In this document: one piece after another, positions 13,401 to 27,338 of the stretch | Numbering within the stretch: position 1 is the stretch's first letter | Layout: each line of letters begins with the position of its first letter | NCBI RefSeq assembly: GCF_021869535.1 | Contig: NW_026262734.1 | Location: 106,702,001 to 106,766,000 of the forward strand | Reading direction: 5' to 3' | Source: Mytilus californianus | Lineage: Eukaryota | DNA length: 64,000 bases | Notes under the pieces: model-generated | Database searches by the model: none | Seen by the model: the letters and a program-made list of their open reading frames with translations, nothing else | Told to the model about the DNA's origin: nothing | Program-made: the position numbers and the translations under genes

Positions 13401-15175
13401 CTAATTTGTCAGTATAGTCGAGTTTTTCGTGGTTCGTGGTTCGTGTACAGTGTTTTTGTTTTATGTTGTTTATTTTCAAGTGAGTTTACTGTGTGTCGTT
13501 TTGAGGTATACACGAACATATCATTTCATGTATATCTAATACAACCCCGTGGCTCTTCAGATGAAAGCTAAATTAGTACATTTAGCGAATTACAAAGATT
13601 TATCAAAACAACGAAAAGCTGAAAATATTATTTATAATTTTTGGAAAATGAATATTATATCACAATAGTGTGTTCTATATTTCACGTCACGTCTATATAT
13701 TTGTTGATTGGCAAACAAAGTGTCCCCTAACTGTTATAATGTACTGTAGATAAATAAGTTTAAATGCATCAATATGTTGAATGATACCCATGTCAAGCTT
13801 TTATTTCTTTTCTGTTATTGATTTTTCTAGCATTTAATGTTGATACAACTAATTCCTTGCAACATTAAAATAGGCAAAATTCGTAATGAGGTGGTAGAGG
13901 TTTATAAAATACACAACTCGTTGAGAGGAGTGAATTTTTTTTTCTTGCATGATAATAGTTTCTTAACATGTTTATTGTGTTCCTCTTCCGCAATTCAAAT
14001 TGTAAATTCACCATAAAACATTTGTCCCTTAACCATGTTAACAAAGAAAAAACGTTAAATGAAGGAGAGTCATTACACCCAAAATTTTTATGATATTTAA
14101 ACAACTTCTTAAATTATTTATTCTTGACGTTTTTAGATTGTTAGACGTTTTCAATTCAGCTATTTGTGCTAACTGAAGCTTGCGACAGTTGTCAAAAGGT
14201 GTTAGGTATTTGAAAATTTGTCATATAAAAATATCATGAAGGGTTTAGGATCAAAGCTAATTAACAATCACATATTATACTCATAATGGTGATGAACATG
14301 TTCCTTTTGTTCTATAGGAGAAATCATTTATCATACTCCAAAATTTATCTAAATATTTTTGGTGATTCTATTGTAGCACTGTTTAATTTATGGCTTTACG
14401 GTCACTTTTATAAAATGGTTGCCCGATACAATATGTCTCTGTCTGAACCCATTAATGTGATGTTTTCGCGCTTAATATATTCCAAAATCAAAATACACAT
14501 TTTGACTGAGTGTGGATTAGGATGATGCATGTATCGCAGGAGACGCTTAGCCTGATAACGCATCCGGTTATAAAAATTTATTCAGTACTCGGAGTACAAA
14601 ACTTAGGATTGAAACACCAAATCAAGTATTTTGATTGGTTGATTTGTTGGTCTGAGAAAGATAATCGTACTCAACATTTTATGACGCTGTATAGCTCCTG
14701 TTTGATTTCAGTTGATTCCCTATGTTTTTGTGTTTCACCTTTATTTGTATTTATGTAATGTATACATCGTTACACTACTGTTGTCCCTAATTTATTGAGA
14801 TGTAGACCTAAAATATTGCAAGTACAATAAAGATCAAGTTGATTAAAAACATATAATCGTTCAACGATAGCTCACCTAGTAGTTGTTCGGTCATCAAAAC
14901 ATTATCTTACTTGAAATTTTATTATTGTTATAATTATTAAAAATAGTGCAATTGAAATTCAATGGTTGTTCATTTAATTCCCTTTGAAGGTATTTTATAG
15001 ATAGTCGGTGTTAATGAACCAACAAATTCGTGTCTTCTTTTTTAAAGTACAATGACAAACATAAAAAAAGTTGTCAAAATGCTGAACGAAAAATTAGATA
15101 TTTCCAGTGGATCTGAATTAGATCTAAATTGTTTACTTATGTACAAGTCTTTTTTCGTCTTCTCTAGGTAATAAA

Positions 15176-16710
15176 AAGTAAAATTATAACACAAATACCG
15201 AACTCCAAGGAAAATTCAAATCTGAAAGTCCCTTGTCAAATGGCAAACTCAAAAGCACATAAAACGAATGGAAAAACAACTGTCATATTCCTGACTTGGT
15301 ACAGGCATTTCCTTATGTAGAATATGGTGGATTTAACCTGGTTTTATAGGTAGATAAACCTCTCACGTGTATGACAGTCACATGAAATTCCATTTTATCG
15401 ACAACAACGTGTGAACAAAACAAATAGACATAATAGGTAAAAATGTAAAAAAATAGGGGAACAGCATTCAACATTGAGTTATAATCTTAATCACTGTAAA
15501 AACAAACAAATATGTCAACAAATAAAAACAAAATGGCATATAGACAAAGCACATAAGCAAAAATGAAAGACAAGAATACAAAAAATGACCAAAGCACAAC
15601 AATACATTGGCGGGATGCATAAGTACAGAGCCACGCCAAAAGGATATTATCAAAATTGGACTAAACAGTAAAGGTTAATAATTGACATAGACAAATAAAA
15701 GAACACTATAACATGTAATTGAGATGATAAATAACGTCAGTATCAATAATCTTTACTTCAAGACCATCATGTATTATTTGTGAAGTTGATACGGAATATT
15801 TATCAACAAGGTCTTGGTATCTTCCGATGAACTTTTTTTAGTCTGAGTAGCAGCTGCAAGCTCTTGAATACCGAATGAGTTGGAAAATGTATATCCCGTA
15901 TGCAGGTGAAGATGGTATATTGCAACTAAGGTGAGAGAAATTGATAATTTCAAAATTAAAGTTGTCTCGTTTGTCATAGATTCTGGTACTGAGATGACCG
16001 CCTATGTCAAATTTGAGGTATAAGTCTAAAATTGAGGCGGAGGAAGCCGTGTCTGTTGTTTCTTTAATTTCTAGTTCTGGAGGATATATTAATGGAACCC
16101 AATCAGAAAAGTATGTCTAGTTACAGGAAAGAAGATCATCAATATATCTGAATGTGAAATTAAATAATCGGGCTTCTTTGATCTTCTTGTTTTTGACTGT
16201 GTTTGAAGGAACCCTGAATCGTATGAAAATGAGAAGAGGTCGGCAAGGAGAAACGCACAGCTCGTTCCCATAGGATTGCCGACAATTTGTTGAAAAAGTC
16301 TACCTCCAAATTAAAAAAATATGTTGTCAATAAGAAATTCAGGATACTGATCACTTGTTCCTCTTTGTAGCATGTTTTATTTTACCTTTTTGTTCACTAT
16401 TAACAAAATATTTCGTATGGTATCACAAAGTAGTAAATTTATAGCGTATGCTACCATTTTTATATTCAAAAGTGTTGTGGATTATTTCTTTTAGACGATT
16501 TTTCAATTTCACATGGAGAATGATGGTATACTGAGTTGGAAAATCAAAAGTTTTGATAGAATTAATTCCAGAGAAAGATCGAGATTTAAAATTATCCAGA
16601 AGTTCTTTAGAGTTTTTTTTAGAATCCACATATGGTTAAAACCACTACATATTTATAAGGACAGTATCACTCAATTTATATTCATTTGTGATTTAACTTA
16701 GGGAATAATT
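15176..16710 (-). mobile_element. Naiad family 3 RT fragment with long 3' tail (left-arm copy)
   Basis: Mirror of 20070-21605. Confidence 0.85.
15279..15378 (-). ncRNA. Type-P5 twister-like fold (left-arm copy of 21398-21497)
   Basis: Same sequence elements as 21398-21497. Confidence 0.55.
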
Positions 16711-18929
16711 AATACATTTATTGAAAATTGAATTTATACGTTCTAAATTAGTGATAAAGGAACGTGGCACTGTTAATCTTAAATACATAATCAAACGTAA
16801 AAGTCATTTTCATTCAAAACCTGTCACGTTAACGTAGTGGGTGATGAAGTAACTTTACTTTGGAAATGAATTTAACCTGTGAAAATTAAATAAATCGATT
16901 GTTTATGCAGCAATTTCATCAGACCCAAACGAAAAAGGAAAATGTTCCGAAAAGGTTGTAATCATTATATTTCACTTTAAGCCATTTTCTGTCATTGCCA
17001 GAGTTAATTACAACATAGTGTCCAACTTACATCTATTATGAAACTCTTTGGAAATAAAATAAAACGGAATAGCCATGTCATCAGCCAATTTACCTTTTTT
17101 CTAATTTGTCCTTGAACAGTATTTTCTAATTCTTTAACCTTTTAGATGATTGAAAGTTTTTGTTCCAAAGCAAAAATAAACAGCCATTAAATTTATTCAA
17201 CAGTCGTAAATAAGACAAGGACTGGAACACGATGAAAAAGGCGTTAGATTGGATAAAACTTCATATGTTTTATACGAAAATTGGAGTGAAAAATAATAAG
17301 AAATATATGAAATCCTAACGGTTTTAATCTAGGTGAACATTTCTTGCTTGATATGCATTACTTGACAGATGTTTATAATTTAAAATTTTACGTTTAACTA
17401 TCCGCAAAATTTAAATACACGAATGAAGCAACATAAAACTGTACAAACATCTATAATACTAAAATCACGAGGTCCAATTTGTTAGCCGTCATTACGTAAA
17501 CACGACGAATCAAAGAATTCAACTTTATATAAAACGTATACAGGACAATGGTGTTGATTACAAATTATACCAGTCCAGGCCCTTTTGTTTTCCACATGAT
17601 TAATATTGCCAATAATTAACAAGTTCCGAGTCAAATCCGATACCGATACCAATAGTATATGTCACATGTATGTATGTTCTGTATCTTCCTCCTTTAATAA
17701 GAGCACTACCACAGCTCATGGTGTGAAGGAGGACATTTAATACACTGTATCGGTACAGATTAAATGTGAGTTTTTGCCTACCCGGTTTCCCAGCCTGGAC
17801 GTGACTGGTCTTACTGCCAGAAATTTAACCTTCCTCCAAACAATAAGTACAATGCAATAAAACATACGAACACTCACCCACCGGATTCGCCTATTAATAA
17901 AGTATAAAATATGCAAAGTATAAAATCAATTATATACAAAATAAGGGACAAGGTCTCCCGAGTGTCGCACAAATGCCATGGCAACGAACAGAAAACCGGT
18001 TAGGACATACTTGGATTCCTGAAACAAATTTGACAAAGCAATTTCAAAGATGTTGAAGAATTCTCTCTGCAAAAATGTTCACGTCCGCTCTCAACGGCAT
18101 GAACCAACATTCCCGGTTGTAGTAAGAAAACAAGGACGGGTCTAAACTGAAAGACTTTGAAAGCAGAGAACACTGTGCACCTTTTAATCCGCATGACTTA
18201 TTCAGATGGCAATATGAATACTAAAATCCAGGCTTAAAATAAGTTGTAGGTCACTGACCCGCGGGTGTGTTCTAGTAGGTATTAAAAAGAGCAATGCTAA
18301 AAAGTTAGTATCGCATTGATCTTACAATATGACGAAAATTAAACCCTATTCAAGACTCTGGACATGAATAATGCATTTTGCATACCCTGAGATATATTCA
18401 GAAGTTATTTTTAAAGAACAATATCCCGATTTCGAATGTAAATATACATCATACATACTTCTGTTTGCTGTTTAGTAATATTGTTACAAAATTTCTACTT
18501 GTGATTCCATTAGAACTTGAAGTGTTAACATTTGAAAATTCTCTTTAAGTGGTATTGATATCAATATTTTCCATTTTTTAAATATATTACACCGGAAATA
18601 CACAATTTGCCAAATACAGATGCAAATGTAGATACAATATAGTTTATTTAAATCGGGAAAATGATACTTATTTCATGTGGTGCAGAAATTTAAAAAGAAT
18701 TGTATTGTACTTTTCTTGAATTTTCATAACTTAAAAAGGTTTTTTACAAAAATACAAAAAAATTTAGAAACCTAACCTGTGACGTCATTGTTGACTTTTA
18801 CTCTACAAGTCATAACTTTATTGATTGATGTTTGTATTACACCACATCACCACAAAAGTCTGTATCGTGACGTGACCTGATTAAAAGACATGGCAGAAGA
18901 TATCAAGGTGTCTTTCAAAACTCGTGTTA

Positions 18930-19385
18930 CGAGGGGAACTGACAACGCCATGGCCAGACACGGAAAACTACGAAAAGAGAAACAAGTCCAGAAAACACTA
19001 TATAGATTAATTTATTCAAAGATGTAATATTATAACATTTGTGCAATCCGGATAGTCGCTGGACTAACAAATGATTATTATCTAAGAGAGAGGCGAATGG
19101 TACCAAAGGGACAAAAGTCGAAATTAAACTGACAACGTCATGGCTAAAAAAGAAAAAAAAACCTACAAACAAAAAATAGTACACAAAACACAACATAGAA
19201 AACTAAAGACTGAGCACCACAAATCCGACCAAAAACTGGGGGTAATCGCAGATGCTCCGGAAGAGTAGGCAGATTCTGCTTCACATGTGGCAACTGTCAT
19301 GTAGCTCATGTAGTACACACCCGCTTATAAGTCTAATTCAGTAGGTCACATTCGGGGAAAAGGGAAGGGATTGTAGTTAAACAAT
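18930..19385 (-). mobile_element. Naiad family 2 3'-tail copies (one partial, one near-complete)
   Basis: Reverse complement matches 46620-46910, including ccacatgtg, gcagaatctgc and cttccggag. Confidence 0.7.
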
Positions 19386-20069
19386 AAATAAGCAAGCAGT
19401 AGTATCATGGCGATTAAATTTGATAAATCAAAATTACGACTCGAGTAATATACAACCATAGGTCCAAACAAACACAGATACACAACATAAACATGTTTTT
19501 AACATTTAACTAAACATTTCAACGATTGACTACACAAAACTAAAGTTTTTCAAAGTCTCTTCCCGATTTGAAGTTGTGCAGGCAAATAAAAGTATAAACA
19601 ACAGTATTTTGGAACAAAAACTTTAAATCATCTAAAAGGTTAAAGAATTAGAAAATACTGTTCAAGGACAAATTAGAAAAAAGAAAAAATTGCTGATGAC
19701 ATGGCTATTCCGTTTTATTTATTTCCAAAGAGTTTCATAACAGATGTATGTTGGACACTATGTTGTAATTAACTCTGGCAGTGACAGAAAATGGCTTAAA
19801 GTGAAATATAATGGTTACAACCTTTTCGGAACATTTTCCTTTTTCGTTTGGGTCTGATGAAATTGCTGCATAAACAATCGATTTATTTAATTTTCACAGG
19901 TTAAATTCATTTCCAAAGTAAAGTTACTTCATCAACCACTACGTTAACGTGACAGGTTTTGAATTAAAATGACTTTTTACGTTTGATTATGTATTTAAGA
20001 TTAACAGTGCCACGTTCCTTTATCACTAATTGAGAACGTATACATTCAATTTTCAATAAATGTATTAAT

Positions 20070-21605
20070 TATTCCCTAAGTTAAATCACAAATGAATACA
20101 AATTGAGTGATACTGTCCTTTTAAATATGTAGTGGTTTTAACCATATGTGGATTCTAAAAAAAACTCTAAAGAACTTCTGGATAATTTTAAATCTCGATC
20201 TTTCTCTGAAATTAATTCTATCAAAACTTTTGATTTTTCAACCCAATATACCATCATTCTCCATGTGAAATTGAAAAATCGTCTGAAAGAAATAATCCAC
20301 AATACTTTTAAATATAAAAATGGTAGCATACGCTATAAATTTACTACTTTGCGATACCATACGAAATATTTTGTTAATAGTGAACAAAAAGGTAAAATAA
20401 AACATGCTACAAAGAGGAACAAGTGATCAGTATCCTGAATTTCTTATTGACAACATATTTTTTGAATTTGGAGGTAGACTTTTTCAACAAATTGTCGGCA
20501 ATCCTATGGGAACGAGCTGTGCGTTTCTCCTTGCCGACCTCTTCTCATTTTCATACGATTCAGGGTTCCTTCAAACACAGTCAAAAACAAGAAGATCAAA
20601 GAAACCCGATTATTTAATTTCACATTCAGATATATTGATGATCTTCTTTCCTGTAACTAGACATACTTTTCTGATTGGGTTCCATTAATATATCCTCCAG
20701 AACTAGAAATTAAAGAAACAACAGACACGGCTTCCTCCGCCTCATTTTTAGACTTATACCTCAAATTTGACATAGGCGGTCATCTCAGTACCAGAATCTA
20801 TGACAAACGAGACAACTTTAATTTTGAAATTATCAATTTCTCCCACCTTAGTTGCAATATACCATCTTCACCTGCATACGGGATATACATTTTCCAACTC
20901 ATTCGGTATTCAAGAGTTTGCAGCTGCTACTCAGACTAAAAAAAATTCATCGGAAGATACCAAGACCTTGTTGATAAATATTCCGTATCAACTTCACAAA
21001 TAATACATGATGGTCTTGAAGTAAAGATTATTGATACTGACGTTATTTATCATCTCAATTACATGTTATAGTGTTCTTTTATTTGTCTATGTCAATTATT
21101 AACCTTTACTGTTTAGTCCAATGTTGATAATATCCTTTTGGCGTGGCTCTGTACTTATGCATCCCGCCAATGTATTGTTGTGCTTTGGTCATTTTTTGTA
21201 TTCTAGTCTTTCATTTTTGCTTATGTGATTTGTCTTTATGCCATTTTGTTTTTATTTGTTGACATATTTGTTTGTTTTTACAGTGATTAAGATTATAACT
21301 CAATGTTGAATGCTGTTCCCCTATTTTTGACATTTTTACCTATTATGTCTATTTGTTTTGTTCACACATTGTTGTCGATAAAATGGAATTTTATGTGACT
21401 GTCATACACGTGAGAGGTTTATCTAGCTATAAAACCAGGTTAAATCCACCATATTCTACATAAGGAAATGCCTGTACCAAGTCAGGAATATGACAGTTGT
21501 TTTTCCATTCGTTTTATGTGTTTGAGCTTTTGAATTTGTCATTTGATAAGGGACTTTCAGATTTGAATTTTCCTTGGAGTTCGGTATTTGTGTTACAATT
21601 TTACT
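20070..21605 (+). mobile_element. Naiad family 3 RT fragment with long 3' tail
   Basis: WILKNSKELL, IKTFDFST, FLIDNIFFEFGGRLFQQIVGNPMGTSCAFLLADLF, IYPPELEIKETTD, FLDLYL, YDKRDNFNF; frameshifted. Confidence 0.88.
21398..21497 (+). ncRNA. Type-P5 twister-like fold in Naiad family 3 tail
   Basis: P5 ACUGUCAUA/UAUGACAGU (9 bp); GAGGU with loop ACC; P4 CCUG-UACCAAGU-CAGG; P2 only 2 bp. Confidence 0.6.
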
Positions 21606-23429
21606 TTTTATTACCTAGAGAAGACGAAAAAAGACTTGTACATAAGTAAATAAGTTGATATTTAGATCTAATTCAGATCCACCGGAAATATCTAATTTTT
21701 CATTTAGCATTTTGACAACTTCTTTTATGTTTGTCATTGTACTTTAAAAAAGAAGACACGAATTTGTTGGTTCATTAACACCGACTATCAATAAAATACT
21801 TTCAAAGGGAATTAAATGAACAACCATTGAATTTCAATTGCACTATTCTTAATACTTATAACAATAATAAAACTTCAAGTAAGATAATGTTTTGATGACC
21901 GGACAGCTACTAGGTGAGCTATCGTCGAACGATTATATATTTTTGATTAACTTGATCTTTATTGTACTTGCAATATCTTAGGTCTAGATCTCAATAAATT
22001 AGGGACAACAGTAGTGTAACGATGTATACATTTCATAATTACAAATAAAGGTGAAACACAAAAACATAGGGAATCAACTGAAATCAAACAGGAGCTATAC
22101 CGCGTCATAAAATGTTGAGTACGATTATCTTTCTCAGACCAACAAATCAACCAATCAAAATACTTGATTTGGTGTTTCAATCCTATTAAGTTTTGTACTC
22201 CGAGTACTGAATAAATTTTTATAACCGGATGCGTTATCAGGCTAAGCGTCTCCTGCGATACATGCATCATCCTAATCCACACTCAGTCAAAATGTGTATT
22301 TTGATTTTGGAATATATTAAGCGCGAAAACATCACATTAATGGGTTCAGACAGAGACACATTGTATCGGGCAACCATTTTATAAAAGTGACCGTAAAGTA
22401 AATTAAACAGTGCTACAATAGAATCACCAAAAATATTTAGATAAATTTTGGAGTATGATAAATGATTTCTCCTATAGTACAAAAGGAACATGTTCATCCC
22501 AATTATGAGTATAATATGTGATTGTTAATAAGCTTTGATCCTAAACCCTTCATGATATTTTTATATGACAAATTTTCAAATACCTAACACCTTTTGACAA
22601 CTGTCGCAAGCTTCAGTTAGCACAAATAGCTGAATTGAAAACGTCTAACAATCTAAAAACGTCAAGAATAAATAATTTAAGAAGTTGTTTTAATATCATA
22701 AAAATTTTGGGTGTAATGACTCTCCTTCTTTTAACGTTTTTTCTTTGTCAACATGGTTAAGGGACAAATGTTTTATTGTAAAATTACAATTTGAATTGCG
22801 GAAGAGGAACACAATAAACATGTTAAGAAACTATTATCATGCAAGAAAAAAAAATTCCACCCCTCTCAACGAGTTGTGTATTTTATAAACCTCTACCACC
22901 TCATTACGAATTTTGCCTATTTTAATGTTGCAAGGAATTAGTTGTATCAACATTAAATGCTAGAAAAATCAATAACAGAAAAGAAATAAAAGCTTGACAT
23001 GGGTATCATTCAACATATTGTTGCATTCAAACTTATTTATCTACAGTACATTATGACAGTTAGTGGACACTTTGTTTGCCTATCAACAAATATATAGACG
23101 TGACGTGAAATATAGAACACACTATTGTGATATAATATTCATTTTCCAAAAATTATAAATAATATTTTCAGCTTTTCGTTGTTTTGATAAATCTTTGTAA
23201 TTCGCTAAATGTACTAATTTAGCTTTCATCTGAAAAGCCACGGGGTTGTATTAGATATACATGAAATGATATGTTCGTGTATACCTCAAAACGACACACA
23301 GTAAACTAACTTGAAAATAAACAACATAAAACAAAAACACTGTACACGAACCACGAACCACGAAAAACTCGACTATACTGACAAATTAGACATATGTGAA
23401 ATGTACCGAAAATACCGAGACACGTCGTA

Positions 23430-23885
23430 AAGCAAAGCGAATTCACCATCGGCAAAACAGTCATATTAGGTCACGTACTAAGTGGACCAGACGACGTACA
23501 TGGTAAACCACAATCTAAGACGTGGTAACAATGTCTTTAGTTAGTTTAGACACTGACACATCGTATAGATCGACCAATTCGTGATGATGTCAATAAAATT
23601 TACGGAGTGTCATTTTTAAAGTTTCCTTCTCATTACTCAGTTGGAGCAGTTTCTGCGTAAGGAGCACACTGTTGCATATGACGTCCGTATAGTGTGAACA
23701 TGCACGAGCCTAATGTATCAATTGAGATATGTAAACACCAAACGACGGGACAGAGGGTATGTTACTGCTGGGAAATTGATTATATTGGGAAGTTGAAATC
23801 ATCCCGTTTGTTGTAGATGTTAGCGTGGAGTCGTCTATCTGTGTCAATATTGAGGAAAAGATCAAGGTATGAGCAGTCCTTCTAG
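23430..23885 (-). mobile_element. Naiad RT C-terminal fragment (right-arm copy)
   Basis: Mirror of 12915-13400. Confidence 0.85.
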
Positions 23886-24552
23886 TATCATAATAGAAAT
23901 TTTTACTATGAGAGAAATCACAAGGCGGATGATGCCTGCAAAGGAGACGCTTACCGTGTTGACGAACTTAGTCTTGCCTTTTTTTTTGTGCCATGCGGTT
24001 CCCTCATTTTTTTTTTTTGTTTTTTTTTTGTTTCCTCGATTTGTCTTTGTTTTACAGTGACCTTTCTTTGAACTTAATATACTAAAAATTGATGAGTCCA
24101 TACATAGCTCGGTCAAGCGTCATTATCAATTTAATAGAATTATTCACTTGAAATCTACATTTCTGGATTGACAACGGCACCGAAAGGTCACATGTATAAG
24201 GTGGTTTCAAAAATACGAATGGTCATTTATGGATAACTGAATTAAAATATGGTCACCTGTATGTCTGTTTTACTTACCACAACGATATTTTCAAGGGTTC
24301 GGATCTTAAGTATTTTTTTAATGCAATTTACTTTCATTTTTAATCGAGTACAAAGAAACATTATTATTGCATCTTTTGAGACAAAGACCTTCTAGATTTC
24401 TTGATAAAAGTGGAAACAAACAGCAACAACAAAAAAAGCTGACTCAAACACGGGTCTGCAACTGTTGACAAGGGTTGAAAGTTAAATCAAACACTGGACT
24501 GCAACTATTGACAAGGGTGGTACATTACTTTAAAGTGTCTGTTTTGATTTGA

Positions 24553-24596
24553 GCGTCACAGATGAAACATATTTAGACGAAACGCACGTCTTGCGT
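24553..24596 (+). ncRNA. Degenerate type I hammerhead relic (mirror at ~12234-12277 minus)
   Basis: GCGUCA-CAGAUGA-...-GAC-GAAA-CGCACG-UC-UUGCGU; core U mutated and stem II damaged. Confidence 0.4.
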
Positions 24597-25988
24597 ACAG
24601 AATTTTAATCCTGGTATCTTTGAATAGTTTATGTCTTTTAAATTTGTTCTTAAATCTATTTTCAGTGACAAAACGATTTACTTTTTACATTACAAATTCC
24701 GGCTTATATTGATTCGAGGTGTCCTAAATTATTTTACTGAAGGTAGGCGATTTTGGTACATTTTGTCATGGTTGACCAAATTCAATACAGTTCTACATAT
24801 GTTAAATATATATAAATACGTGTATATACAAGTCACATTGTACCTGAAGATCAATGAACGCAGTGAAAGCGCTAGTAAATGTAACGAACTGAATACGTTA
24901 ATATGTTTAATTTTAATATTAATTACAAGCAAACGCATTCTACTGAATTTTTCTTTATATGTAAAAATGTTCACAAATCTCTCACGACGACATTAATTGC
25001 ACATGTTAAACAAGTATCAATAAAATACCAAACTCTAAGGCAATTCAAAAAAGGGGTAGTCCATAAAAAAAATGACAAAATCATGCGTGAGCCTTTATCA
25101 ACTAACGGAACAAAAGGAAAACAACCGTCATATTCTTGACTTGTACAGGCATTTATCGAAGAAAATGGTGAGTAAAACCTGGTTTTATAGCAAGCTAAAA
25201 TTTCCACTTGTACGACAGTCGTTTATAGTACCGTTATATTGAAAAAAATGAGTGAGCAACCAAAATAGAATTATTCCTTTACATATGTAATCTGTTTAGA
25301 TGATCTGATGGACATTCCTCAAATAGATGAGTACTTCCAAAGTATTAATAAAATATATTCTACAAGTGAAACCTGTTTTTGATTATCTTTTAGTCCTCAT
25401 TCAAGCACTTTCAACACATCTTTGAAATAAATAGATAAATTATTGCAATAACAACAAAAACTAAATGATTTAATAAGATGTATTACATGTATAAACTAGA
25501 ATTTCACCTCACACCTTCAATCCGTAAATAGCGATTTTGTTAAAATGCTAGTTTCCATTATTACTTTGATAAAGTAAACGATGAAATCGACACATGTAGA
25601 TAGTGTCCGTTCCATCGAAAATCTTAATGAAAAAAAATTGTTTCTCAAACTTTAACTATTTTATGTTTTACAATCAAAAATTAGAAATTAAAAAACAACG
25701 TTTGAATCAATCAAACTGGCCTATTCATATACGCCACGTCCACAGAGTAGAATAAGTTATAAGTGTCGAACTTGACATGCTTGACAAAAAACAATAAACA
25801 AAATTGATAGAATTCACCTAATTTTTCTTATAATAGGTGTGTCTACCGGAAAGGAAATTATGTGTGGTAAAAAAAAGACGTCTGTGTATACTTCTTAGTA
25901 TACAATACAAAAATGAAGTTTCCAATTTGTAAGACAGAGGCTAGTTTATCTATTCTTGCAGCTACTTATAAAACCCATTTAGATGTTA

Positions 25989-26010
25989 AATGATTCCCAA
26001 TTTATAAAAA
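25989..26010 (+). promoter_or_regulatory. TATA box with adjacent kappaB-like site, IL-17 copy 2
   Basis: AATGATTCCC (25989-25998) then TATAAAAA (26003-26010), ~120 bp before the ATG. Confidence 0.45.
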
Positions 26011-26130
26011 TAGAATGCATCCGGCGAACACAGTTTAAATATTGTTCAAAATCAATACCGCATGCATAACAGCAACAACTGTTGACAAGAAGACAAGAAG
26101 CCTGAATAAGTTATCCAGAAAATATACAAG

Positions 26131-26977
26131 ATGAATTTTATCAATGTAAGCAACAATAGTTAAATGTTTTTGTTATTCAGTAATTAAGTCTGTATATTAC
26201 GACCTTAGAATAATTCTATTTATAACTTGTACCAATAGATAGTATATTTGAATCCCTGAACTAGTTTATAAAACTGCAATAGAATTGTTTGAAATATTTT
26301 TTTAAATAATGAACGAATTTCTAAATTGATTCTGCACTAGTTTATACTTTTGCACAATCAGACAAACTTGAAAACACAATTATATTTAATTTTCATTTCA
26401 TTTCCAGATCCTTAAAGCTGCATTAATACACATCACATGTTGTATTGCATCCGTCAATAGTGCACCAACATGTACAGACTCTACAGACTTACAGGCTAAA
26501 TTCAAAAGTATAAATGGAGGAGTGGATTACAGGACATTTTTTTTCACAGAAGGTTGGAAGCAAGACACACTGGACAATGATTTTACTCAACTGGTAGATC
26601 ACGGAAAAAATAAAACTAAAATCGACTGTCCTTCAACATTTTTAAAAGGATCCAATCTCCCATTAATGGTACGTACATCATGCCCTTGGGTTTTAGAGAA
26701 AACACCATACAGTGCTGAAACATATCCCCATGAACACTATAGAGCTACTACTGAGTGTACTAAGTGTATAGATGCTTCTGGAGATCAGAAATGTTCACCA
26801 ATTCAACAGAAAATCCAGATATTAACAAAAACCGGTTGTGAAAACGGATTTTATAAATATGAAGTAACAGATATCTATATTCCAGTAGCTTATGTATGTG
26901 AACAACCAAGAGAGATCGTAAATGATTTACAAATAACCACTGCCCGACCTCCAGCTGATGGACCAGAAGAAATGTAA
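26131..26977 (+). CDS. IL17: Interleukin-17-like cytokine, copy 2 (194 aa; exons 26131-26145 and 26408-26977)
   Basis: GT-AG phase-0 intron 26146-26407; signal peptide; IL-17 motifs, including SPIQQKIQIL resembling vertebrate IL-17 PIQQEILVL; NKT sequon; ATTAAA at 27311-27316. Confidence 0.93.
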
Positions 26978-27338
26978 GGTCCATGATATAAAACACATCC
27001 TTTCCAGAGTTATTGGAACAAATATTGTAATGTCCTATGGACATATATGGTTGTATTGTTATGATATTAAATTGTTAAATACTCTCATTAACGGTAATAT
27101 TAGTGCAATATCCGTCCACAATCAAACATTATCTAACTAAAACTAGTCACTGCCTAAAACATATATGCTAGTAGGTTACTTATTTCAGGGAAAATCTTAC
27201 TGATAGTTTTAAAGTAAGGCTTTTTTATTTTAAGTATAAGTGTGTGCAAGTGTGTATTTATCTTGTTTTTGATGTTGTTGTAATACACTTGTATATTTGT
27301 TCGAATTGTTATTAAATGAAACACTTTATCAATTTCAT

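Larger units (their letters stand above)
5763..17169 (-). repeat. Left arm of large inverted segmental duplication (contains IL-17 copy 1)
   Basis: Reverse complement of 19608-28088 (with an internal deletion there) and of 41904-47595. Paired ORFs mirror each other: 16629/20148 and 15977/20800 (coordinate sum 36777), 11622/25207, 10317/26522. Confidence 0.95.

Noticed and set aside
26522-26524. ORF-track starts for IL-17 (GTG at 26522, 42818, 10317)
   Set aside because: Internal Val codons. The frame is open to a splice acceptor 114 bp upstream, and the true ATG is in a 15-bp first coding exon.
26760-27140. Antisense and overlapping ORFs around IL-17 (also 43056-43436)
   Set aside because: Short, no motifs, and conserved only because of recent duplication.
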